A DNA stretch of 64,000 nucleotides, from assembly GCA_963828525.1 (NCBI GenBank), contig CAWHEP010000009.1, forward strand, positions 288,001-352,000, given 5' to 3'. Positions 47,274 to 57,410 of the stretch are shown here, piece by piece. A program made the position numbers and the translations under genes. Source of the stretch: an uncultured Verrucomicrobiae bacterium (GTDB lineage: Bacteria; Verrucomicrobiota; Verrucomicrobiia; Chthoniobacterales; Chthoniobacteraceae). The number at the start of each line of letters is the position of its first letter. Position 1 is the first letter of the stretch. The notes under the pieces were generated by a model. The model did no database searches. It was given only the letters and a program-made list of their open reading frames with translations, and was not told where the DNA came from.

Positions 47274-48755
47274 TCAACCCCTCATCTCCACTGGGCGCGC
47301 CTCAGAGGCCTCTCGAGCCACAGCCACGTCATCAAAAGGGGCAACATGATCGGCAAACTCCTGATACGTTTCGTGGCCTTTGCCTGCAATGAGCACAACA
47401 TCGCGGACATCGGCCATGGCGATCGCCTTGTTTATGGCAACTCTGCGATCCACGATGACCTCGTAGTTATGATGGGAGAAACCAGTCTCAATATCCGCAA
47501 TGATGTCTTCTGGAGCTTCGTTTCTGGGATTGTCGGAAGTGACGATCGCCCAGTCCGCCAGTTCCTCCACCGCGGCCGCCATTAAAGGGCGCTTTGCTCG
47601 ATCCCGGTTGCCGCCGCATCCAAAAACAACAATCAAGCGATTTGGCGAAACGTCCCGCAGAGTCCTAATCACGTTCCTCAGCGCGTCGTCGGTATGCGCA
47701 TAGTCAACGAATACCTTGAACTGCTTTCTCCCAGGCACGGGCTCCAGCCGGCCCGGCACCGATGGCGCGTTCGCAAGGCTTAGCACCGCCGACCTCACAT
47801 CGATGCCCAACAAGGAGGCGGACGCCACCGCGGCAAGCGAGTTGTACATGTTGAAGCGGCCAATCAAAGGAAGGCGCACAAGGTAGCTTTTTTCCCGATA
47901 GTCGAGTTGATAAGATGCCCCGCTAAAATCCATGCGAAGATTGCTTGCGCGAAAATCGGCCTTCTGCCCGACGCCATAGGTGATCGCCACAGAGTCGCGC
48001 GGCAGCATGCCAAGGAGTCGCGCGCCGTAGCGATCATCTATATTAATAACGGCGCGGCCTTTTTTCCTTTGCTGTTGAAGCCCCGTAAAGAGTCGCGCCT
48101 TTGCCTCAAAGTAGGCGTCCATCGACTTGTGATAGTCGAGGTGGTCCTGCGTGAGATTGGTAAAGATGGCAACGTCGTATTCGACTCCCCGGACCCGGTC
48201 CTGCGTGAGGGCGTGCGAGGACACCTCCATGACAGCCGCCTTGCACCCCGCTGAGCGAATCTGATAGAGCAAGTCCTGCAGGTCGAGCGATTCAGGAGTG
48301 GTACGGGGGGCTGGCAGGCGACGTTCGCCAATCTCGTAACGGACGGTGCCAATCAGACCGCAGCGCAACAAGGCAGCGTCGCAGATATGCTTCAGCAGAA
48401 ACGCCGTAGTCGTCTTCCCGTTTGTGCCGGTGACTCCCGCCATTTTTAAGTGAGCGGCGGGAAACCTATAGAATGCCGCGGCAACATCGGCGAGAGCAGC
48501 CCGCGAGTTTTCCACAACGATATTGGTGACTCCGTTGTGTTTCGCTGGCATTTTTTCCGATAGCACAGCGGACGCGCCCCGAGCGACGGCGTCCGCGACA
48601 AAGGCTGCTCCATCCGCGCGCTGCCCAGGCATGGCTGCGAAAAGAAAGTTTTTCCCAACTTGTCGGGAATCGTACGCTATGCCGGCGATGTCGATTTCTG
48701 TGGAACCTTCAATAGTTCCAACCGCCACTCGGGAAAGAAGTTCGCTAAGCAGCAT
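47274..48755 (-). CDS. murE: UDP-MurNAc-dipeptide--meso-DAP ligase
   Basis: TGTNGKTT, MEVSSH, DYAHT, DNPR (DAP specificity) and AGKGHE. Confidence 0.95.
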   Translation of the reverse strand: MLLSELLSRVAVGTIEGSTEIDIAGIAYDSRQVGKNFLFAAMPGQRADGAAFVADAVARGASAVLSEKMPAKHNGVTNIVVENSRAALADVAAAFYRFPAAHLKMAGVTGTNGKTTTAFLLKHICDAALLRCGLIGTVRYEIGERRLPAPRTTPESLDLQDLLYQIRSAGCKAAVMEVSSHALTQDRVRGVEYDVAIFTNLTQDHLDYHKSMDAYFEAKARLFTGLQQQRKKGRAVINIDDRYGARLLGMLPRDSVAITYGVGQKADFRASNLRMDFSGASYQLDYREKSYLVRLPLIGRFNMYNSLAAVASASLLGIDVRSAVLSLANAPSVPGRLEPVPGRKQFKVFVDYAHTDDALRNVIRTLRDVSPNRLIVVFGCGGNRDRAKRPLMAAAVEELADWAIVTSDNPRNEAPEDIIADIETGFSHHNYEVIVDRRVAINKAIAMADVRDVVLIAGKGHETYQEFADHVAPFDDVAVAREASEARPVEMRG

Positions 48756-48764
48756 CGTCTTGAC

Positions 48765-50576
48765 TCATTTCACCTGTGTCATTGCGACTTGCGCGCCGGG
48801 ATCCACGGGAACCAGGTTTAGATGTCTGGCAGTAAGCGCGGCGACCCGCGAGAAAATCGGCGCTGACACCGCCCCCCCGTAATTTTGCTCACGCGTCGCG
48901 ACATTCGGACTGTGCAACATCACGAGGCATACGAACTGCGGGTCATTTGCCGGAAGCATTCCAGCGAAGGAAAGGACATACTTGTCGGGAAGGTAAGTCT
49001 TGTTTGGACCGACAGTCTGGGCGGTACCCGTCTTTCCGGCGGCTTCAAAGCCGGGCACTGCCGAGCCAAACGCGGTACCGTTCTTAAGAAAAACGCCCTT
49101 GAGAGCGTCTCTGGTTTCGCGCGCTGCTTCTTCGGAGATTACCTGCCGCACAACCACAGGATGAATCGTGGTGACCGTGGAGCCGTCGTTGTCCGCAATT
49201 TCGTGAATGATCTGAGGCATCATCAAACGCCCTCCGTTTGCGATCACTGACATCGCGGTTACAAGTTGAAGAGGGGTAACGCACACCTCCTGGCCCATCG
49301 GGATGCGGGTTATTGAAATATTGCTCCACCGGAAGGGTGGTTCTATCCTCCCCCTGATTTCCCCGGGCAAGGCAACATCCGTGGGATCGCCGAAACCGAA
49401 CGCTCGCGCGTAATCATAAAGCCTCTGCTCCCCGAGCATGAGGCCGATCTTGGCGGCGCCAACATTACTAGACCTTGCGAGTATATCGTTGGTAGTAAGC
49501 TGGTCGAAAGGTTTGTGATCGTGCAGCGTTCTGCCCTTGTATTTGAAGTGCCCGTGTTCGCAGTATATCACGGTGTCCGGGCGAAGGATTTTCTCACTGA
49601 AAGCTGCGCCGGCAGCGACAATCTTGAAGACAGATCCCGGCTCAACGGAGCCTGAGACGGAGAAGTTCAGCCGGTTTCGCGTCTGGCTTTCGCCGATATT
49701 GCCCAAATCGAAATTGGGGCGGCTCGACATGGCGAGGATCTCACCCGTCTTGGGCTGCATGATGATGATTGACGCCATCGACGGCCTGTATTGCTTGACG
49801 GCGTCATCCAATTCCTTTTCGACGATGCTCTGAAGCGTCATGTCGATGGTCAGCCGGATATTGTGACCCGGCATCGCGGGCTTCTCGCGGGAACCATGTT
49901 CGACTAATTCGTTCCCTGTCCTGTCATGCTCAAAAAAGCGGCATCCGTTGTATCCGCGCAGGAACGAGTCGGCGCTCTTTTCGATTCCATCTACTCCGTT
50001 ATGCTCGCTATCGGTAAAGCCCAGAACATGGCAAAGCATTGGGCCATTAGGGTAGACGCGAACCCAGTCGGGCTGGAAGAAGATGCCGCGCAAAGAGTGC
50101 TTCTTCATCTCCGCCAGGAGAGAAATGGCGGCTTCCTCTGGAATGGATCCGGATCTGCTCAGATTTCGATAACAAAATCCCGGTGGTATTTTCGCCCCCT
50201 TCCCATCATTCCTCGCCTTCCTCGCTTGCGCCGCCATGCTCTGCAATTGCAGAAGCTCTGCCTCCACATCGCCCTTCTCGCGTCCGAGAGGTTTTGCGAG
50301 GAGTTCCGCCAGAGCGGCGGCGTTATTTACCAATGATCCATCGGCAAACACCCGTTCGATTGGGACATTTTCCGCGAGCACCTCTCCATTGACATCGGAG
50401 ATCGTCCCCCGGGGGGCGTAGAGTATCTCCTTCGTGGAATGCTTCTCGTCAGCCAGCTTCGCATACTCCTCGTGTTTGACGATATGGAGATATTCAAGCC
50501 TTGTTGAGAAGCCCGTGAAGAGAATGCTCAATCCAAAGCAGGCGGTGAGTGCCCGCGCCTTGGCGTTCCACTTCAT
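48765..50576 (-). CDS. ftsI: Class B penicillin-binding protein (FtsI)
   Basis: RG.I.D.NG, R.YP, EPGSVFK (SxxK), SSN and GKTGT. Confidence 0.92.
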   Translation of the reverse strand: MKWNAKARALTACFGLSILFTGFSTRLEYLHIVKHEEYAKLADEKHSTKEILYAPRGTISDVNGEVLAENVPIERVFADGSLVNNAAALAELLAKPLGREKGDVEAELLQLQSMAAQARKARNDGKGAKIPPGFCYRNLSRSGSIPEEAAISLLAEMKKHSLRGIFFQPDWVRVYPNGPMLCHVLGFTDSEHNGVDGIEKSADSFLRGYNGCRFFEHDRTGNELVEHGSREKPAMPGHNIRLTIDMTLQSIVEKELDDAVKQYRPSMASIIIMQPKTGEILAMSSRPNFDLGNIGESQTRNRLNFSVSGSVEPGSVFKIVAAGAAFSEKILRPDTVIYCEHGHFKYKGRTLHDHKPFDQLTTNDILARSSNVGAAKIGLMLGEQRLYDYARAFGFGDPTDVALPGEIRGRIEPPFRWSNISITRIPMGQEVCVTPLQLVTAMSVIANGGRLMMPQIIHEIADNDGSTVTTIHPVVVRQVISEEAARETRDALKGVFLKNGTAFGSAVPGFEAAGKTGTAQTVGPNKTYLPDKYVLSFAGMLPANDPQFVCLVMLHSPNVATREQNYGGAVSAPIFSRVAALTARHLNLVPVDPGAQVAMTQVK

Positions 50577-50941
50577 TTTGCAATCTCCGTGTTGGAAACG
50601 GCCTGGATTTCACTCGCCGCAGAGCGGGCCTGGCTGGCGTTGATCCTGACAATCCGTTCATCTGCTATCGCTATCATTTTAATGAAGCCTTCGTTTAACC
50701 TGTTTTGCAGCACTCTCCGTGAGGAAAGGGACGATATCCTGCTTCGAAGCGCCTCATTCTGCGACTCAAGCGTGTTGAGTTCCTGCGTCAAAGTCGTGAT
50801 TCTCCTACCGGTGGTATGCAGTTGATTCTTGAGAAAGACGTAGCTGAGACCTACCGCGATGACGAACACCGCGGCTACTACAAACCGGGTGATTGAGGCC
50901 ACCTCGATTACGTTTGCATGCATTCTACGATTGCGTGACAT
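50573..50941 (-). CDS. ftsL: FtsL-like cell division protein
   Basis: TM plus leucine-heptad coiled coil, between rsmH and ftsI. Confidence 0.6.
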   Translation of the reverse strand: MSRNRRMHANVIEVASITRFVVAAVFVIAVGLSYVFLKNQLHTTGRRITTLTQELNTLESQNEALRSRISSLSSRRVLQNRLNEGFIKMIAIADERIVRINASQARSAASEIQAVSNTEIAK

Positions 50942-50944
50942 GAT

Positions 50945-51976
50945 TTATAATTTCTCTACCACCCTCAGTTTCGCGCTCCTGGCTCTGACGTTGCGCTTCT
51001 GTTCCTGCTCTGTGGCGACGATTGGTTTGCGGGTTACCTGTTTGAACATGCGCTCCGGATTCTTGCGGGCTTCCGGCCATTCGGGGCGGTCAATCCATTC
51101 AGCGCTCCTTGTTTTAAAAAACGTTTTCACGATCCGATCTTCCAGAGACTGAAAAGTTATTACCGCGAGCCTGCCGCCTGGCGTCAAACGCTCGGCAAGT
51201 TGCTCGAGCCCTTCCCCGAGCGCTTCCAACTCCCGGTTCACGGCGATTCGCAAAGCCTGGAAAACGCGCGTAGCCGGATGAGTCTTTCCATGACGACCTA
51301 TGGACTTCTCGACCACTCGGGCGAGCTGCAGCGTCTCTCGAAAGGGCTGCGACAATCGTTCACGCGTGATCACGCCAGCGAGGCGTCGCGCCGCGGGCTC
51401 TTCCCCAAAGTTTCTGAAGATCGCCTCCAACTGCTCCGCGCTCGCGTTGTTCACCAAATCCGCGGCTGTCACCTGCCCGGCTTGATCCATCCTCATGTCA
51501 AGCGGACCATTGCGCTGGAAGCTGAACCCCCGCTCGGCTGAATCGACCTGGCGGGAACTGATTCCGAGATCAAGAAGCGCTCCATCCACTTTACCAACTC
51601 CGAGTCTCTCCAGGATTTCGTTCACGTCCCTGAAGTTGCCGCGCGCAGCCTGGAACCTGCCGTCCCAATCTCCCAGCAATTCCAAGGCGAACGCCACCGC
51701 GTCAGGATCTTGATCGATCCCGATCACAGTCGCGCCCTTCTGGAGGAGCGCGCGGCTGTGCCCTCCACCTCCGAGCGTCGCGTCGACAATCGTCTTGTTG
51801 AGCGAAGGGCAGAGCAGTTCGATTGTTTCCTCCACCAGGACGGGGATGTGGTATCTCGCCGGTTCATCTTTGAGCGGGGTCTCGACAGACGTTCCGGCTG
51901 GCGCCCGACTTATTCGCTCGTCTCTTCCCAAAAGGCCGGCATTATCGGCTGATGAAAGGTGTGAAACGGGCCTCAT
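50945..51976 (-). CDS. rsmH: 16S rRNA m4C1402 methyltransferase
   Basis: HIPVL, DATLGGGGHS, DLGISS, PLDMRM, FQALRIAVN and RARSAKLR. True start may lie downstream. Confidence 0.95.
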   Translation of the reverse strand: MRPVSHLSSADNAGLLGRDERISRAPAGTSVETPLKDEPARYHIPVLVEETIELLCPSLNKTIVDATLGGGGHSRALLQKGATVIGIDQDPDAVAFALELLGDWDGRFQAARGNFRDVNEILERLGVGKVDGALLDLGISSRQVDSAERGFSFQRNGPLDMRMDQAGQVTAADLVNNASAEQLEAIFRNFGEEPAARRLAGVITRERLSQPFRETLQLARVVEKSIGRHGKTHPATRVFQALRIAVNRELEALGEGLEQLAERLTPGGRLAVITFQSLEDRIVKTFFKTRSAEWIDRPEWPEARKNPERMFKQVTRKPIVATEQEQKRNVRARSAKLRVVEKL

Positions 51977-52434
51977 ATTCCTGCAGACGTCGCAATTTTT
52001 TTGTAGATGGCCATGTCGTCGGGTTCAGCGCGACGAAGCGCTTCTGGACTCCAAATTTCGAACCGGCTGAACGCTCCGATCAAAGTCACCTCCCCTTTGA
52101 ACCCGAGCTTCTCGCAATAGTCAGCGGGCAGCAGCAACCGCCCGTGACTGTCCAGCACACAACTGCGCGCCCTTCCGGAGTATCGACGAAGAAAGCTCCT
52201 CCGCTCCCTTGGCGGGAATTGGCTCCCATCTTCGATGGCTTTTGCGACCTTATCGAACTCCGCGCGTGGCATTACGCAGAGAAATGGATCAAGTTCGTCA
52301 GGAACCATATGGAACTCATCGGCCATATCCTTACTTCTCCACCCGGCAGGGATGGTGATCCGATTCTTGATGTCGATCGAGTGCTGAAACTCGCCCGAAA
52401 AAGAAACCGGTCGCGTTGGGATATTTTCGGGCAT
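51973..52434 (-). CDS. mraZ: Division/cell wall cluster repressor MraZ
   Basis: GEFQHSIDIKNRITIP, LDSHGRLLLP and FEIW. Confidence 0.9.
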   Translation of the reverse strand: MPENIPTRPVSFSGEFQHSIDIKNRITIPAGWRSKDMADEFHMVPDELDPFLCVMPRAEFDKVAKAIEDGSQFPPRERRSFLRRYSGRARSCVLDSHGRLLLPADYCEKLGFKGEVTLIGAFSRFEIWSPEALRRAEPDDMAIYKKIATSAGI

Positions 52435-52451
52435 GATTCGGGATGAGAGAA

Positions 52452-52503
52452 CCACCTTCTCCCACAACGGCCCATTTTGATCCACTTTGCCACTTTCGGT
52501 CAA
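52452..52503 (-). promoter_or_regulatory. dcw promoter with MraZ-box-like direct repeats
   Basis: Minus strand TTGACC-18 nt-CAAAAT, overlapped by five (G/A)TGG repeats at 8,10,10,10-nt spacing. Confidence 0.7.
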
Positions 52504-52540
52504 TGAATTTCACGGAATTGCCCGTTTTATTTTCGGATCC

Positions 52541-53680
52541 GTGCGCATTGTCATAGCTCCCGACAAGTTTAAGGGCTCCTCCACGGCCTCGGATGCAGCT
52601 CGGGCCATCAAAATAGGCCTCCAAAAAGTTTGGCCCAAAGCACAATTCTGCCTCATGCCCGTCGCGGATGGGGGTGAAGGAACGGCCGAGATCATCCTGG
52701 CTGCCAAAGGAGGGGAATGGAGGGACGTCACGACCGTCGACTCACTCCATCGACCGCTTTCCGCTCGATACGCCTGGCTGTCGAGAGAGCGCGTTGCCGT
52801 AATTGACATGAGCGCCACCTGCGGGCTGCATCGGCTTGCGCCAAGTGAACGCGATCTGCTGGCAGCTTCCACGCGTGGAGTCGGCGAAATGATCCTGAGC
52901 GCCGCTGGCTCGGGCGCGAGGACGATTATCGTAGGCCTCGGAGGCAGCGGCACCAACGACGGTGGAATCGGGATGGCTGCCGCGCTCGGGTACGAATTCA
53001 TGACCAGTGATGGAGAGGAGATCGACGCGATCCCCGCAAACCTTCTCGCGCTCACCAGAATCAACCCTTCTCTCGTCGATTTGCCCGAAGTTGTGGGCGC
53101 ATGCGATGTCCGGAACCCGCTTGTTGGACCCCGCGGCGCCACCCGGACGTATGCCACGCAAAAAGGTGGGAGCGGAAGCATCCTCACTACATTGGAAGAA
53201 TCGCTGATCAATCTTGCGGACGTCGCAGCCTCGGATTTAGGCAGCGATTACAGGGAGGAGCCGGGAAGTGGCGCCGCCGGCGGGTTGGGTTTTGGACTGA
53301 TGACCTTCTGCGGGGCTCGACTGCGGGCTGGGTTCGACGTGATCGCCGAAGCGATAGGCCTAGAGGCCGCGATTGCAGGATGCGACATCGTCTTCACAGG
53401 AGAAGGCAGCGTGGATTCCCAGACGATCGAGGGAAAAGCTCCTGCCGGTGTGGCGGGTCTCGCGCGTAAATACAAGAAGCCAGTTGTCGCCTTCGCGGGA
53501 TCGATCGAGCAGGGCTCTGGCACAACCTTCGACGCGGTCATACCGCTCGCGGATCGTCCGATGTGCATGGAAGAATCTGCAGCCAACGCCTGCGCTCTGC
53601 TTTCCGGGGCCGCCGAACGTTGCGCCCGGCTGATCCAAGTGGGTGTCGAATACAATTTTTTGGGCGCCCAAGCGGTTTAA
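52541..53680 (+). CDS. Glycerate kinase (GlxK/GarK family)
   Basis: IAPDKFKGS, PVADGGEGT, GLGGSGTNDGG, GAAGGLG and TGEG. Confidence 0.92.
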   Translation: MRIVIAPDKFKGSSTASDAARAIKIGLQKVWPKAQFCLMPVADGGEGTAEIILAAKGGEWRDVTTVDSLHRPLSARYAWLSRERVAVIDMSATCGLHRLAPSERDLLAASTRGVGEMILSAAGSGARTIIVGLGGSGTNDGGIGMAAALGYEFMTSDGEEIDAIPANLLALTRINPSLVDLPEVVGACDVRNPLVGPRGATRTYATQKGGSGSILTTLEESLINLADVAASDLGSDYREEPGSGAAGGLGFGLMTFCGARLRAGFDVIAEAIGLEAAIAGCDIVFTGEGSVDSQTIEGKAPAGVAGLARKYKKPVVAFAGSIEQGSGTTFDAVIPLADRPMCMEESAANACALLSGAAERCARLIQVGVEYNFLGAQAV

Positions 53681-53725
53681 AAACAGGCTTGCCTGCCGAG
53701 CGCGAGGCGTGCAACCTCCCATGCG

Positions 53726-54910
53726 ATGCTAGGGGGAGCCTCAAAATACAATTGCAGAGAGGTTGGCGCGTCTGTTGCAAAACAATGGGCGAATCACTGC
53801 TGGCGGATCGCCGGGTTCCTTTGTCTTCTCGCAATCCTCGGCGGAGGCGCCACCGCGCTCCACGGAAGCCCTTCGACTCCGGATTGGACCGTTGTAAAGT
53901 GCGAGGGACGGGATTATCTCACGCTGGAGAATGTGGCTCAATTCTACGGTTTGGGGGTGACTCGCGCGAGCAACGACTTCACCCTTCGCGCTGGGGCTCG
54001 GAGCCTGCGCGGCGCGGTGGGATCCAACGAGTTCTACATAAATAATCTCAAGTTCATCCTAAGCTACCCGGTGTCAGAGGAGCGGGGCCAGCCTCTTGTC
54101 TCACGGATGGATTTGACAAAAGTGATCGAGCCGGTCTTGCGGCCCAGCCGCATCCATGGGGCGGCGATGATCGATACCGTGATCCTGGATCCTGGCCACG
54201 GCGGCTATGATCACGGCGCGACAAGCATCTGGGGCAGTGAGAAAAACTACACACTTGATGTGGCATGCAGGGCCAAAGATCTCCTGCTGCAACAGGGCCT
54301 GCAGGTAAGGCTCACGCGGGCGACTGACGAGTTCATCCCGCTCGAGGACCGAGTACGTTTTGCCAACGGTTTCCACAATGCGCTATTCATCAGCATTCAT
54401 TTCAACTCTGGGGACAGCCCTGCAACCGGACTGGAGACCTACACGCTCGCCCCAAGGGGGGTGCCGTCAATGGCTGCCGACGGGCCCAGCCTTTCTGACT
54501 TGCATCTTTGCGCGGGGAACTGCTGTGATTCGGAGAACATGGCGCTGGCTACGGCTGCCCATGCTTCGCTGGTTTATCATTTGCAGGGCTACGATCGAGG
54601 CATCAAACGCGCCCGTTTTGTGGTGATCCGAGATATTACGATCCCAGGGGTGCTTCTGGAGGGAGGCTTTCTGAGCAGCCCGGTGGATGGGCCCAAGATT
54701 GCCAGCGCGGCTTATAGGCAGCAGTTGGCAAATTGTGTCCTCGCGGCGGTGCAGAACTACCGTGCTGCTGTCGGCATGCGGCCACCGCCGCCCATGGTTA
54801 CAAGCCGCGCGCTGGAACTGCGCAAGCTCGTTGAGAGCGTCAATGGCCCGGACATGGGGCCGTCACGGTTTAATGAGCCCAGCGTTGTCACGCCCACATC
54901 GCGCTACTAG
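53726..54910 (+). CDS. N-acetylmuramoyl-L-alanine amidase (Amidase_3)
   Basis: ILDPGHGG, EK, LTR, ISIHFN and LLEGGFLS zinc motifs. Start uncertain. Confidence 0.92.
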   Translation: MLGGASKYNCREVGASVAKQWANHCWRIAGFLCLLAILGGGATALHGSPSTPDWTVVKCEGRDYLTLENVAQFYGLGVTRASNDFTLRAGARSLRGAVGSNEFYINNLKFILSYPVSEERGQPLVSRMDLTKVIEPVLRPSRIHGAAMIDTVILDPGHGGYDHGATSIWGSEKNYTLDVACRAKDLLLQQGLQVRLTRATDEFIPLEDRVRFANGFHNALFISIHFNSGDSPATGLETYTLAPRGVPSMAADGPSLSDLHLCAGNCCDSENMALATAAHASLVYHLQGYDRGIKRARFVVIRDITIPGVLLEGGFLSSPVDGPKIASAAYRQQLANCVLAAVQNYRAAVGMRPPPPMVTSRALELRKLVESVNGPDMGPSRFNEPSVVTPTSRY

Positions 54911-55742
54911 CGCTATAAAACGCGCGGCTGAAGCCACGCGGCCAATAGGGGTGTTTGATTCCGGAATCGGCGGGTTAACCGTAGCGGCGGCGCTCCGTGA
55001 TTTGCTGCCAGCCGAAAACATCTTCTACATAGGGGACACGGCCCGGGTGCCTTATGGAGGCAAAAGTCCTCAGACGGTGGAGCGATACAGCATCGAGATC
55101 ACGGGACTGCTGCTGGCGGCGCGCGCAAAGATCATCGTTGTCGCATGCAACACCGCGTCGGCGCTTGCGATCCCCAAGCTGGAGGAGTTGTTGAAAGTTC
55201 CGGTGATTGGAGTCATCGCGCCTGGAGCCCAGGCAGCGGTCGCAGCGGCGCGGAAGCACATTGGAGTAATTGGCACCCGGGCCACCATCTACAGCCGCGC
55301 CTACGAACGCGCCATTCGCTCACTGAGTCCTCGCCTGAAAGTTTCCAGCCAGCCCTGCCCGATGCTCGTGCCCCTTATTGAAGAAGGGTGGCTTGACGAC
55401 GCGGTGACGGATCAGGTAATCCGTCGCTACCTCGAGAAGCTGGCGCGGGCGGAGATCGATACACTGGTGCTTGGATGCACCCATTACCCACTGCTGCGGA
55501 ACGCGCTGAGGAAGTTCCTCGGCCCAGACATAACGATAGTGGATTCCGCGGAAAATTGCGCGGCAGCCGTGAAGAGACTCCTGGAGGAAAATGGAATGAC
55601 CGCCCCGATGACCGCGCCAGGCAAGCTGCAGGTTGCCCTGACGGACTCCTCCAGCAGCTTCCTGAGGGTCGCGGAAGAGGCGCTGGGGCTTCAAGTGGGC
55701 GACGTGCAATTGCTAACCGTCCAAAATGCGGCAGGAAATTAA
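54873..55742 (+). CDS. murI: Glutamate racemase
   Basis: IGVFDSGIGGL, PYG, ACNTAS and LGCTHYP. Start uncertain. Confidence 0.95.
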   Translation: MSPALSRPHRATSAIKRAAEATRPIGVFDSGIGGLTVAAALRDLLPAENIFYIGDTARVPYGGKSPQTVERYSIEITGLLLAARAKIIVVACNTASALAIPKLEELLKVPVIGVIAPGAQAAVAAARKHIGVIGTRATIYSRAYERAIRSLSPRLKVSSQPCPMLVPLIEEGWLDDAVTDQVIRRYLEKLARAEIDTLVLGCTHYPLLRNALRKFLGPDITIVDSAENCAAAVKRLLEENGMTAPMTAPGKLQVALTDSSSSFLRVAEEALGLQVGDVQLLTVQNAAGN

Positions 55743-56589
55743 GCCGGACGCGCCTTTCGCGCGAAACGCAAAGAATCGCTTTTCCATCACCCGCGCGCTA
55801 TTGGGACTGCTGGCTGGATTCGCGATCCTGATTGTCATGGTAGTCGCATTTTCAGATTACCTGATCTTCCGCCCGCATCCTTCTTCCTACTCGGACTCCA
55901 GCGATATCCTGAAGCTGACTACAAGGGATGGCACTCGCATTTCCGCCGTTTACTTTCCAAACCCGGCGGCGCGGTATACCGTCCTATTCAGCCACGGGAA
56001 TGCTGAGGACATCGGCGACGACTCCGACTATTTCAAAGAATACGCCGCGCGGGGCTTTTCCGTCTTCGCCTACGACTATCACGGATACGGAACCAGCGGA
56101 GGAAAGCCGTCGGAGGCGAATGCCTATCAGGATGAGGATGCCGCCTTTGCCTACCTCACACAGCAGCTTCACATCCCCGGAGATCACATCATCGCGCATG
56201 GTAGATCGCTCGGCGGTGGAGTGGCAGTGGACCTCGCCTCCAGGCATGACCTGGCAGGGCTGATAATGGAGAGTACGTTCGTCACGACGTTCCGGGTGAT
56301 GATTCCGTTCAACACTGCGCCGTATGATAAATTCCGGAATATTGACAAGATCGCATCCGCGCGGTGCCCGCTGCTTGTCATCCACGGACTCGTGGACACC
56401 CTTATCCCGATTTGGCATGGAAAGCGGCTCTACGCGAAGGCGACCGCCCCCAAGTCTTACCTCTGGGTGGAGGGAGCCGGGCACAACGACTGCGCGGATG
56501 TGGGGGGAGAGAAGTATTGGTCGGCGATTCACAGCTTTGCGCAGTCCATTGCCGGAAGATCCAACGATACAGCAAAAGAGAGTAGATAA
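55726..56589 (+). CDS. Alpha/beta hydrolase (ABHD17/BEM46-like)
   Basis: SHGNAED, YDYHGYG.S.G, GRSLGG, IHG..D and GAGHND. Confidence 0.9.
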   Translation: MRQEIKPDAPFARNAKNRFSITRALLGLLAGFAILIVMVVAFSDYLIFRPHPSSYSDSSDILKLTTRDGTRISAVYFPNPAARYTVLFSHGNAEDIGDDSDYFKEYAARGFSVFAYDYHGYGTSGGKPSEANAYQDEDAAFAYLTQQLHIPGDHIIAHGRSLGGGVAVDLASRHDLAGLIMESTFVTTFRVMIPFNTAPYDKFRNIDKIASARCPLLVIHGLVDTLIPIWHGKRLYAKATAPKSYLWVEGAGHNDCADVGGEKYWSAIHSFAQSIAGRSNDTAKESR

Positions 56590-56681
56590 GGCGCTTCGCC
56601 GAGATCGCCTTAGAAAGCGAGCCTGAGAGCCCAATGTATTCCGTGACATCGGCGAAAATCGGACATAGAGATGCCTGAAGG

Positions 56682-57101
56682 ATGCCTGACAAGAGAGTAA
56701 ACACCGCCACAATTCCGACAAAGGAAATCTCAGTGATGGCGTGGATCGAAGATGCTTTCGGGAAAGTCGTCCTGGTAAGACAGAAGGCCGGCAAAAAGCT
56801 CTGGACGTTCCCTGGCGGGAAGGTGCGATCCAAAGAATCCTTTACCGATGGGTTAAGAAGAGAAGTGAAAGAGGAGATCGGGCTGGAGGTTCTTTCGGCG
56901 TACGGGATGGACATGTACGACCGCTACGAGAAGTCCAACGCAACCTTTCTTTACAGGGTTACGCTGCGGGAGGGTCCCTTCAAAGCGAGAACGAAGGAGA
57001 TTGAGGAGATCGCTTTCCGAGCGAAATTGCCTTCGAATGCAACGCCATCGGCCAGATTCTTTTGGGCGCGGATTCGAAAAGCGCAGAGGCTCCCGTCCTA
57101 G
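56682..57101 (+). CDS. NUDIX hydrolase
   Basis: Nudix box PGGKVRSKESFTDGLRREVKEEIGL. Confidence 0.9.
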   Translation: MPDKRVNTATIPTKEISVMAWIEDAFGKVVLVRQKAGKKLWTFPGGKVRSKESFTDGLRREVKEEIGLEVLSAYGMDMYDRYEKSNATFLYRVTLREGPFKARTKEIEEIAFRAKLPSNATPSARFFWARIRKAQRLPS

Positions 57102-57107
57102 ATTTCT

Positions 57108-57404
57108 ATGCCGTACTATATTACCCGAGTTCAACTGAGAGAGACAGGCGCCGAAGGGATGCCTGATTATTCAGCCCTGCGCGAGGCAATGGAGGCAAGC
57201 GGCTTCCAGGCCTTCATACGGGCGAGCACAATCGATTGGGAACTTCCGGACGGCGAGTTCTGTTTCGAATCGGACAGCGTTTTGATATCAGCGGTGCGAG
57301 ATCTCGCCAAGGCCGCCGCGGCGCGGGTCTGGAAAGACTATGTGGTGTTGGTGACCAGGGCTTACACGCTGAATGATCTGGACTGGTATCTACGCAAAGT
57401 TTAA
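57108..57404 (+). CDS. GhoS/DUF2622-like small protein
   Basis: 98 aa. Y.TRVQL...DY..L..AM...GF...I....LP.GEF...A..AA...Y.VLVT pattern recognised by eye. Confidence 0.55.
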   Translation: MPYYITRVQLRETGAEGMPDYSALREAMEASGFQAFIRASTIDWELPDGEFCFESDSVLISAVRDLAKAAAARVWKDYVVLVTRAYTLNDLDWYLRKV

Positions 57405-57410
57405 GTCGGG

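Noticed and set aside
56670..56689. Short direct repeat GATGCCTGA x2 at the NUDIX start
   Set aside because: Only two 9-nt copies; compatible with chance.
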